Source: the human T2T-CHM13v2.0 reference genome, Homo sapiens
NCBI RefSeq assembly: GCF_009914755.1
Contig: NC_060935.1
Length of the DNA: 64,000 nucleotides
Strand: one strand, 5' to 3'
Positions 14,351 through 24,735 of this stretch are shown piece by piece. The translations under genes and the position numbers were made by a program. The notes beneath the pieces are model-generated. The model saw nothing but the letters and a program-made list of their open reading frames with translations. It did no database searches and was not told the DNA's origin. Within the stretch, counting starts at the first letter, position 1. Every line of letters starts with the position of its first letter.

Positions 14351-14762
14351 TGCTATAGTTTGGATGTTTGATCTCTGCAAACCTCTGCTGAAGTTTGATC
14401 CCTGATGTTGGAGGTAGGGCCTAATAGAAGGTGTTTGGACCACCGGGATGGATCCCTCATGAATAGATTAATGCTTCCTCTTGGGGGGTGAGTGAGCTCT
14501 TGCTCTGTTAGTTGCTATGAGATCTGCTTGTGGAAAAGAGCCTGGTAAGAGAGAGGGGGAGCCCTTCTCTCTCTTGCTTCCTCTCTCCCCTGTGATTTCT
14601 GCACATGCCGGCTCCCTTCACCTCAGCCATGAGGGGAAGCAGCCTGAGGCCCTCACTGCCACGCTTCTTGTGCTGCCTGCAGTACCATGAGCCAAATAAA
14701 CCTTTTTTCATTATAATCCATCTTGGGTATTCTTTTATAGCAACACTAAATGGACTGAGACA
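14351..14762 (+). mobile_element. MST-family solo LTR (MaLR) inserted in a MIR
   Basis: TGCTATAGTTTGGATGTTTG...AATAAACC...TTTATAGCAACACTAAATGGACTGAGACA; TG...CA ends; 5-bp flanks CCAGA/CTGGA; MIR sequence on both sides. Confidence 0.92.
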
Positions 14763-15744
14763 CTGGACAATAGTCAAATAGGCCAGACAATTGCTGAAGT
14801 CCTCTCCAGCTGACCATCGTCTGTGACTCCATGATTTAAGTTGACCTGCGAGAAGAGTCAGAAAGCACTGTGGTATCATTAAGGCTGAAAAACAGAGGTC
14901 ATGGGATGAGGATATTCAGTGTTGTTATCAGAGAAGCTTCTTCCCACTGGGAGCCAGAAAGGTGCTTGCATGCCCTCTCTGCATTTCAGTTGATGGAATG
15001 CTGTGAGTCATTAACACGCTCTCCTACTTCCCTCCAATGAAAACACCTTGCTGATTTAATTAAAATACATTTTTTTCTTCTTTTGGATGTCTTTGAAAAT
15101 GGCACTAATTATAACATAGCTGCTATGTAACTAATATGTGCAGGTAATATTGTGATTATATATAGACAGCCATATGCTACTATGCAGCCAGTCTCATTGC
15201 TGTTAAACTGCTGAAGCAGATAACTCCATGTCCGTGCACACAAAGTAATTGCACCAAACTAATTTGTGTTTGCAAACAGATCCTAAATTAACTATGTAAA
15301 TAGGCAGATCTGCAAACAAAATATTAGACCGTGCATGTGTGCACACACATGGGGCAGAGAGGAAGTGGTTTTTCACCTGCTTGAAAGATGTCACAGGACT
15401 GGGGCTTGCCTGTGGCATGTGTTGCCTTGTGGGCCTCTTGGTCCCACCTAGCTCCTGTCTTGCATTAGTAAGTCTGAGTTATTCTGTTCCGACACAGGTG
15501 ACTGAAGGCAACCTGAATTTGTTTTCTCTAGGGGTAAAGGGTTATCTTGATCAATCCACCTTTCTTGATGGTGCTCGCTGCCCTCATGCATTCTTTGACC
15601 AAAGATATTTCCAAGACAGCTGGCCCCGGCTGTGTGTTGTATGTGGAGTGGAGATGTTCTTAATGCAGAGAAGTTCACGGGTGTGATTGAGGACAGTTTG
15701 GTTCCTCGGCTTGCAATTGTTAGTGCCCGGAGGAGTGTGTGATC

Positions 15745-15915
15745 CTTTGAGTCTAGCAGGGCTGTTTGAAATCTGGTTCCACCTTGGGCAAGTCACATAT
15801 CCTTTCTAAGGCTCAGTTTCCCTGACTGTAAAGAGGGGGTGAGATTGGAGTTTCCTCCTGGGGCTGTTTAGAGGATTAAGTGAGCAAGTGTGCGTGTGTA
15901 GCGTTTAGCACATTG
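15745..15915 (+). mobile_element. MIR SINE
   Basis: CCTTGGGCAAGTCAC...CTCAGTTTCCCTGACTGTAAA...GAGGATTAAGTGAG. Confidence 0.8.
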
Positions 15916-16721
15916 GATCCGTGTTCAGTCAACCCTTGCTGCTGTTGCTGCACTTACTGATGTTGTCACCCCTGGCAGACCAGCACGCTTCCCTGTGGGC
16001 CCTGGCAACAGTGTGCTGACTGCTTGCATGGATATTCCAGGTGAGGAGGTCAGCCTCAAAGAAGAAAGCCCACTTTAATCAGGCAAGTTGGGCCCCAAAG
16101 GACGTCTCGCCTGTCTGCCTTCCTCACGTCCCTGTGTCCCTCCGTCCCTCCTGCACTCAGCGTCTCCCTCTCCTTCAGCGTGGAGCCTGTGGTCTCCACC
16201 TCCACAATGCTCTACTTAGACCTCTGCTCTTCCATTTCCCAACATGCTTCTTGTGTTGTAAACCTTACTCTCCCCAGGCTTATTCTCTCAAGTCTTGCTC
16301 TGTGTCTGAGTGGTTATTTGAGTGAGGGCACCAGTCGGGTACAGCAGCCACACTGGTGTCCATGGGGTGTTTGTGCCAGGTAATCCCTCTGTCCAGAACA
16401 CTCTGCCCAGGGAGATGGGTGAGGCCCGGCCCTTTGGGCTTTGAGGTCTGTGCTCCAACCTTGCCTTCTCCAGCAGCACTGCCTCCCACCCAATTGGACC
16501 GCAGTTGGCCCCACTCCCACTCTCCATTCTTCTTACCCTGTCCTATTTTTCCTTTGTTTCATAGCCAACCTCACCTTCTAATATTTTGTGCGCTTGACTT
16601 ATGTATTGCTTACTGCCTGTTACTCCCTGCTTGCTTGTAAGTTCCTTGAAAGCAGGGCCTTTTGTTCATTAATGTTTGTCAAAGATCTCAGCCTGAGTCT
16701 GTGCTAGGAAGGCCCCTCATA

Positions 16722-16805
16722 ATTTTTTTTTTTTTTTTTTTTTTAGAAAGACAGGGTCTTACAATGATGCTCAGGCTGGCCTTAAACTCTTAGGCTCAAG
16801 CGATT
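16722..16805 (-). mobile_element. Alu/FLAM fragment with poly-T
   Basis: Long T run followed by AGACAGGGTCTT...CAGGCTGG...AACTCTTAGGCTCAAGCGAT. Confidence 0.8.
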
Positions 16806-17238
16806 GCTGTAATTGTGAATCTGTTTCCTGTCTGGATTCTTTTGCTTTCACTCTCAGAAGCCAACAGACTTCAATGGGAAGGACCTGAGGGCCAGGAAGA
16901 GGAGTGGAGAAACCTTCGCAGAGGTGGTCAGAGGACAAGCAATTCAGGGACCAGATGAGGCTGGGAACTTAATGGGCAGAGAGGCCCAAAGGGGGCCTGA
17001 ACTGGAGGAAACAGAGGCAGGCACCAAGGCAGGTGTGTGGGAATAAGACAGCAGCAGGAATGTGCGAGTCAACTCCATGCTCATATTGCAGATGTAACCA
17101 AGTGACTTACTTTCTCTCTCTGCGGCGCAGTTTCCGCACCAGTAAATCACCATGAAATCTACCATATTCACCTCATCGAGAATTTGTGAGCGTCAACTAA
17201 GATAACCACCTGGAAGTCATTCCCAAAGCAGATATTAC

Positions 17239-17556
17239 TTTTTTTTTTGGAGACAGAGTCTCGCTCTGTCACCCAGGCTGGAGTGCAGTGGCGTGATCTT
17301 GGCTCACTGCAGCCTCTGCCTCCCAGGTTCAAGCAATTATCCTGCCTCAGCCTCCCTCTGGAGTAGCTGGGACTACAGATGCATGCTACCACGTCCAGCT
17401 AATTTTTTGTGTTTTATTAGAGACGAGATGGGGGTTTCACCATGTTGCCCCGGCTGGTCTCGAACTCTGAGCTCAGGCAGAGTTCTGCCTCCCAAAGTAG
17501 TAGGATTCCACCCGCCTCTGCCTCCCAAAGTAGTAGGATTACAGACGTGAGCCACT
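17239..17556 (-). mobile_element. Alu (old S/J) with an internal 24-bp duplication
   Basis: GAGACAGAGTCTCGCTCTGTCACCCAGGCTGGAGTGCAGTGG...GGATTACAGACGTGAGCCACT. Confidence 0.95.
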
Positions 17557-18144
17557 TTAAATATTATAGTTGCTTATTATTATTTCTGTTTGTATCTCAG
17601 TTTACTAGTCTGGGAAATGGGCCCTAGCAAGAATGGCCATTAACTAGAATGGAGGTAAAGTGGGAAGTATGATGGATATTTCTGAAGGATTCTAAGACAC
17701 CATTGAAAGCTGCATGCACCAAGAAATGGGGCAGTTTGGGTGACACATTTCAGGAGAAGAGCTTTCACTTTCCTCAGCACACCTGAAGGCATTTCTTATT
17801 TCATTAACCTAAGATTAGGAACAGCCCCATGACAAAAAATGTTGGCAATATTGATATGAACAAATAATTAATCCCAGGTGCTACCTGCTTTCTCCCAGGT
17901 CCCCCTGTGATCCTTCTCCTTATGCTAAGGGGTCTTGTTCCCACTCCCATCCCCAGGCTTAGGGAGTTGTGGACAGGACAGTCTATTATAACACTTATAG
18001 CCATTAAAATGTGAGAACAAAGCCCGCTCTGCTCTCCTGTTTTTTAACCTCTTTGCTGAAGCATAACTTCTGTCAATAGGTGACCTAATTAACCTGTTCA
18101 AGTCTTGAGGATTTTTATCTGTGCATGTTCTTTGATTTCAGATT

Positions 18145-18335
18145 AGGATTCTCAACATCAGTTCACCACTAGCTAGCTATGTGACCATGAACAAGTTGCC
18201 TGACACTCAATGTCCTTATTGGTTTAAAAAAGGGGGTCATAGCTAGCTCCACGGTGTTATGAAGATTAAATTAGTTAATATTTGCAGAAGTACCTAAGAC
18301 AATTCCTGGCATCCAGTAGATGTCCAGTAAATTTT
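18145..18335 (+). mobile_element. MIR SINE
   Basis: CTAGCTATGTGACCATGAACAAGTT...GTTATGAAGATTAAAT...CCTGGCATCCAGTAG. Confidence 0.7.
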
Positions 18336-18499
18336 AGTTTTGTCCTTTGTTCCTAAAATAAGCATGCTGGAGTCTTCAATACCCCACATTTAAAAAGAAC
18401 TGTTGCAGTTACATTTTTCTGGATTGGAAGCTTTCTTTGTGTGAAATACACGTATCACCTGTACCTTTTTGTTATTTTTGCTCTGCCTTTTTGTTTGTG

Positions 18500-18562
<63 letters not shown>
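18500..18562. repeat. (GT)n(GA)n compound microsatellite
   Basis: Directly visible. Confidence 0.95.
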
Positions 18563-19059
18563 AAGTGAGAAGTGGTTTGTTTTGGGGATATCATTTTTGT
18601 TCCTTTTTGTTGTTGTTTTTTAAATTTGTAAGCAAGGTGATGGAAAAAACCAGAGGAGAAGCCAAGTGTATCTGAAGACAAGAATGTGGAAGTGAAGAAT
18701 GTTTATGAGACTCACTCTAACATGCTGATAGCAAAGGACTTTTGTTCATCAGATTCCCTCACATGTATTCAGAATAACCTTAAGCACATTTAGTCAGTCA
18801 TACATTTTATTTTTGTCTCTGGGCATTAATGTGCTGACTTGTGGGATTATTAAACTATAATTCCCCAAGATATATTTCTGTCTCTCAGTGGGTATGAACG
18901 TGCAATCATTAGCAAATCCAATATTTAGGAGTCTTTCTTCTCTCTCCATGGTAAATGGGAGCAGAGGAAGGATCATGGCTGATGACAGCATCTGGGTCAG
19001 ACAGCCCCCAGTACTGCTGAGTTGCTGGGCAGTCCTGAATGATAGTGGAATGACTGTGG

Positions 19060-19240
19060 CCTTTGGAAGCATAAGACATGAGGCTTGCTTCTGGCTCTCA
19101 CGTTTACTAGCAGTGTGACTTTCAGCAAGTCACTGACCCACACTGAGGCTTAGTTTCCTCATAGGTAAAATGGGGAGAATACCTGTCATATTGAGAAGGT
19201 CAAATAAGTGTCATGTATTAGTATATTAATGAGCTGTGAA
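19060..19240 (+). mobile_element. MIR SINE
   Basis: TTACTAGCAGTGTGACTTTCAGCAAGTCACT...CTTAGTTTCCTCATAGGTAAAATGGGG. Confidence 0.8.
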
Positions 19241-21258
19241 ACAATGACTATTGTTATATGTTGTTAGTGGTGTTGAGTTATCACTTAGATTTCCAACCTG
19301 AGGATTGAGTACCAGGATTGTAAGCTAATTATCCTGAAGGCCTGGCATTCTATTGAACTTGTTAAATTTATGACTGTGTATTGTTTTAAATGAGTAAGCA
19401 GTAGGTTGCCACAATGTAATCTCCCTTTTATACTTCAAATTGCAGGTGCATGTCTACACGTTTTCCTCTAGACCCAAAATGAGGAATGCATTTGGGTCAG
19501 AATCTAGAGGAGGTGTTTTGCTTTGATCATAGATGCCAAATAGCAGCCCCTCGTTCCTGTTCTGTGAGAGCTGTGCCCCATGTATCAGTAGAAGAATGGC
19601 CCCATTTCTAGAGCAGCTATGGCTACTGGGACTGGAAATGCCCAAGGGATGTTTATACTTCCTGCTGGTCAATCAGATCTTTGTATGGGCTCCAGATGTG
19701 TTGCTGAAGAGGAAAAATTTGACCAAACAAAAACAAAACAAAAAGCTGATGTGAGCCCAACCTTTTCAATGTCCCAGATGCTGGGATTTTCCACAGCATC
19801 ACTCTTTTCAATGAGTGCCTTTAATGCTATGCTGAAATCTCCCTGGACACCTCCAGTGAAAAGGCTCTCGCTGTTGGGCACTGCCATTGTCTGCCTCCAA
19901 GAAGACAAAGAGCCTTTGAGCTTAGAGCTGGAAACACAAAATTGGGTATGAGATGGGTCCTGCCATCAGAAGCTCGCAGACATCATGGTCAGAAATACCT
20001 GTTCACAATGTTCTGTCACAGTCAAGTATTGTACAGACCATATAAGGCAGGGTAGAATAGATAGGATACACAAAGCTAGATTACTTTTTTAATTAAACAA
20101 TTATTTATGCAACATCTGCTATGACATTGTATATAATGTCTGCCATCCCCATTACATCAAATCTCCATAAAGACAGTATCTCTTGTTCCTCTTATATCCC
20201 TGGTTTGTAGGACTCTATCTGGTATATAGTTGGTGCACAAAATAAATATTTTAGAGCCATATTTCATTTTCTGAGCTTATTACTGTTGATTTATGCCTCT
20301 GTTACATAAGTGGAAGTATGAAGGGGCCTTGATTAAAGTGGAATACATTGTAGAGGCAGGGGCAGTTCTTATGATGCTGTAGCATAAAATTGCAATTGAG
20401 GAATCCTATTCCATCATTCTAATGGCCAAGGGATGGGTAGAAGACATTGCTTTTTGGTCGTAGCTGAGGAATCCTAGGTTTAGTCTCACATTCTTGCTAC
20501 TGCTTAGCTTTGGTTAGTCTTTCTGCAAGCTCCTACATGGTCACTAAGGACCTGAGCTTGGTTTTAAGATTTGACCTAATTCTTCATCCTTCAAGCAATA
20601 TGTGTTCTGGTTAATGAGTTTGTCAGAAGCAAAATGAACAATTCTAACCACCTGTCCCTTAACAAAGGCCACTTTAACAAATGTGAGCCATGTGCATTTC
20701 AGCTAAGATGAGGGAGGGTGCTTTCAGCCAACTGTCAAGAGCTCATCAAGCCCCTTCCTGCATCCTCTGTCACTGTACAATTATTGAAGTCCAGGGAGTA
20801 GCAAAGCAAGAGACCTGGGTGCACGTTGGCCCCACATGGAGCCACAGACTCTGACTCAGCCAGTTTTTACAGATTGTTGATTTGGGTTCAGTTATAGTTT
20901 CTGCAAGATTGGAAAGTGGTCACCCGTTATGGCTCTTGGCCACTGCTTCTGGGTCATCTCAAGCACATTATTCAAGTATTCTCTTCAGAATGAGCTGGCA
21001 GACGCAAACAAGCCACAGCATCAGGCTTCATGGGAAGTCTGGGGACTTACCATTGTCGAGTAGTATCAGGTGGTGTCTGGAGGGGAGAGGAGAGAGGTAA
21101 GATTGAAAATTCAAAGAATACAGAGTTTTGGTGGTATGAAATATATCATCTGGAAAATGTCACTTTGTCCTGAGAACCATTCTCCTGGTTAAAGAAGGCC
21201 CAATCTTGGGATAAATGGCATTACTGCCATCTCAGCATTTTAAGAAGACAGACACCAA

Positions 21259-21260
<2 letters not shown>

Positions 21261-21293
<33 letters not shown>

Positions 21294-21478
21294 GGTATGT
21301 GTATGTGTGTGTGTATATATGTGTGTATGTGTGTATATGTGTATGGGTATGTGTGTATGTGTGTGTATGTGTATGTGTTTGTGTGTATGTGTGTATGTAT
21401 ATGTGTGTATGTATATGTGTGTATGTGTATGTGTGTGTATGTATGTGTGTGTGTATGTGCGTGTGTGTGTGTGTGTGT
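21261..21478. repeat. (TG)n/(TATG)n alternating purine-pyrimidine repeat
   Basis: ~218 bp of TG/TA dinucleotides. Confidence 0.97.
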
Positions 21479-22051
21479 TATCATTTAAATGGGTCTTATG
21501 CACTACCTACCACAAGGTCATTCTATAACTTGTGGCACTTCAGTCTCAATAACCTCTGCCAATAACAGGGCTCAAGTGATAATAAGTTTGCCTGTGTGAC
21601 TCTTTCTTTCATGCAAATATAAGGCATTTGTATGTTACGGCTTACCTTTTCCCTGCAATACCTGGAAATCAGAGTCAGTGAGACACTGTGTGTTTTAGAG
21701 TTGGGAAATCTGAGGCCAAAAAGAAAAATAAATTGTAGAATTCAGTAGATGTGTCTGTTCAAGAGGAGGACCCCTCTTCTGAATTTCCTCATCCAGTAGC
21801 ACCTCTTTGTGGATCTTCTCATGAGTCCATATATTTTCTTATTTCCATGTTCCTGAGGTGGCCGACAACTGAGGGAAGCAACAAGCTGCCCCATTGCTAT
21901 CATGGGTGTGATAGGAACGAGCCTCCACATTGGGACCTTCGCCAGTGCATGTCCTCTAGTGACATTTTATCCCTGAGCTCCCAGTGCTTTTCCCGAGCAC
22001 AACTCCATGGGACACTGCCTAGTGGAAGAGACCACAGCGGGATGAAGGAAG

Positions 22052-22419
22052 AACTAGAAAATCTAGACGAAATGGATAAATTCCTGGACACAGGCACCCT
22101 CCCGAGACTGAACCAGGAAGAAATTGAATCCTTGAATAGACCAATAACGAGTTCTGAAATTGAGACAGAAATAAATAGCCTACCGACCAAAAAAAGCCCA
22201 GCACCAGACAGATTCACAGCTGATTTCCAGAGGTACAAAGAAGAGATAGTACCATTCCTATCGAAAATATTCCAAAAAATTGAAAAGAAGGGGACTTCTC
22301 CCTAACTCATTATATGAGGCCAGCATTAGCCTGATACCAAAATCTGGTAGAGATACAACAAAAAAAGAAAATGTCAGGCCAATATCCTTGATGAACATCA
22401 ATGCAAAAATCCTCAGTAA
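22052..22419 (+). mobile_element. Internal L1PA ORF2 fragment (no 5' end, no 3' UTR or poly-A)
   Basis: Translates to [51 protein letters not shown] and [37 protein letters not shown], the L1 ORF2p Z-domain/RT N-terminus, with frameshift. Confidence 0.95.
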
Positions 22420-23339
22420 CAGCGTTAGTGTTTCATATCAGGCTGTCTGTTGCGTTCTGTTTATTATTGGGATACAGTGCTTTTGTGATAAGCAGTTACA
22501 CATCTCTTTGTACTTGTTAAAGGGTTAAGTGCTGGCAGTTCTGGGAGGCAACTGCCATTTAAAGGAAGTAGAATAAAAGATGATGTTGAGAAGGAAGTGA
22601 AATGGAGAAGGAAGAGGTCAGAGGAATGAGGGGGAGAAGCTGGGAGTAAAGGCGCCTGCCCTTACAAATGTATTGGTAATTAGGCTGTGCTCTTTAAAAA
22701 TTAATAACATTTTTCCCATTGATTATTCTACATGTAGAGATATCTGAAGTTATTATTTTTGTGTATTCCCTTATATTCGGCTTCTTTTACAAACATACTA
22801 GTATGGTCTTCCATGCAAGTATTTATTTTTCAGACACAATATGAATGGCAATTTAATATTCTAGTTCATGATTCATCCACCATTTTCTTAGGTTTAATCC
22901 AACCAGAAAGGTACGGGATATACTTAGCTCCCAAATATGAGTACAGCTAGATCAGAGACAGGGTTTCCTCAAAGCACGTTTCTCAGCATCAGTCAATAGC
23001 AGCGGGGTTGAGGTTTTCCTTTCTGGACTCTTCCTTTTTCCCACGGCACAGCACGTGGGACATGGCAGCCATATATGTCGGTGTTCCTGGCTGACTTTCT
23101 TAGAGACCCTGGAACTGGTGACCCTTTTCTCTGAGCTCTTTCTGAGCTTCTTCCATCTCTGGAAATCTGTCCGAGGATCTGGAGCAGTGTTGTTTTGGAT
23201 GGGAAAGTAAACAATGAGTGAATACTGCTATTCTCGTTCTGCATAGGTTGTGTGTAAAAATAGAGTTGCTTATATAAAGACTCCAAAATGGAATTTTATC
23301 TGTGCATTTCTGTGTCATCCCTTCCCCTTTTAGACTATA

Positions 23340-23520
23340 ACCATCCAAACTGTATGACCTCGAGTGAGTTACTCAACATATTCAAGCCTCAATTTCTGCA
23401 AAATGGGGATAATAATAGTGCTTACTTCCTAGGATGGTAATGAGGATTAAATAAGATAAGTAAAGTAATATGCGTGAAGTGCTCAGCACAGACTGGACCA
23501 GTGTGTGCACAGCTAATGCT
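23340..23520 (+). mobile_element. MIR SINE
   Basis: CTGTATGACCTCGAGTGAGTTACT...CTGCAAAATGGGGATAATAATAG...GAGGATTAAATAAG. Confidence 0.85.
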
Positions 23521-24077
23521 GACAGTTCATGCTATTTTGTCATTATTGCTATCATCCTGAGCTCTTCCACAAGACAAACCATATTGTATTTATTTTTTGT
23601 TGAAGGCATTCAATAGATATTTGTTAAATTGAACTGTTTTAAGTAAAAATAAATAAGAAAAAGGAAAAGAAAAAAAAAAACCCACCCCTTTACATAACAA
23701 CACAGCAATTCTACTGGCCAATGGGGAAATCATACATCTTTACTGCTGTGAGTTATTATACTCTCTGAATAAACATAAGCCTTTCATATGACCTAATGAT
23801 TAATGGCTTATGCAAAGAAATTTTAATGCCATTAATAAAAAATTAAGCAGCAAGCTTCCCCCACTTTTTTGACAGTGTCAGGCTTTCACCTGTTCTCCTG
23901 GGGACAACAGGTTTCCGGGAACATGCTGAGTACAGATAATAGATCATTCCCAGGCGACACTCCCCTGTGTGCCTCATGTCTTCCTGGGCAGCATGTAGGA
24001 TGGATACAAGGCACTCTTTAGAGAAAGGCAAGGGGTCTTTGTGGTGAGGAACAGAGATCACAGCTGAGCACTGGCTT

Positions 24078-24190
24078 TATCTATCTATCTGTCTGTCTAT
24101 CTATCTAACTATCTATCTACTGTTTATCTATCTACCATATATCTATCATCTATTTATAAATCATCAATCTATCTGTTATCTATCTATCAC
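24078..24190. repeat. Degenerate (TCTA)n tetranucleotide repeat
   Basis: Directly visible. Confidence 0.85.
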
Positions 24191-24204
24191 CTGGTTATTC
24201 TCTC

Positions 24205-24395
24205 ATATTGAGTATTTATTCTGTGTCAGGAATTACATTAAGATCTTATTCAGTCCTCATAGCAGCCCTAGGAATTTCAAAGTTAATCTCCGTTTTACCC
24301 ATGGAACCCTGGGCTCAGAGATCATTTCCTGTTCATGGTCATATGGTGACTGAAACACAGATCTGGAATTGGAATGTAGGTCTGTCTATTTCCCA
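24205..24395 (-). mobile_element. MIR SINE
   Basis: ATTGAGTATTTATTCTGTGTCAGG...TCCTCATAGCAGCCCT...CCGTTTTACCCATGGAACCCTGGGCTCAGAG. Confidence 0.65.
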
Positions 24396-24532
24396 AGTGT
24401 TTCCTTATCCTTCTTTGCCTCCATCCAGTCTTCTGTGCCCCCATGGGCTGGGATCTGACATAGGTATCATTCATTCTAAGAAGAATGAGCAGGATTCTGA
24501 CACTGAATGCTCCAGAAGGGAAGTTTATCCTT

Positions 24533-24735
24533 TTAACTAAATACTCTTTCAGTGTTGAGGTCAAATTTCACACAAAGTCTCCAGGCCAGCCTGATGCTGA
24601 ATTCTGAATATCCCTTATGAATATTTTGTCCTATTAACTAAATAGTCTTTCAGTGTTGAGGTCAAATTTCAAGCAAAGGCTCCAGGCCAGCCTGATGCTG
24701 ACTCCTGAGTATCTCTCTTGAATACATTGTCTCTA
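24533..24735. repeat. Tandem duplication, 2 x ~101 bp
   Basis: TTAACTAAATA.TCTTTCAGTGTTGAGGTCAAATTTCA...CTCCAGGCCAGCCTGATGCTGA at 24533 and 24634. Confidence 0.92.

Noticed and set aside
21215-21565. Cys/Val-rich and His/Thr-rich ORFs
   Set aside because: Translations of the (TG)n/(CA)n repeat
21751-22528. ORFs with reverse-transcriptase-like sequence as a functional or domesticated gene
   Set aside because: Short, frameshifted L1 ORF2 fragment lacking the catalytic RT core
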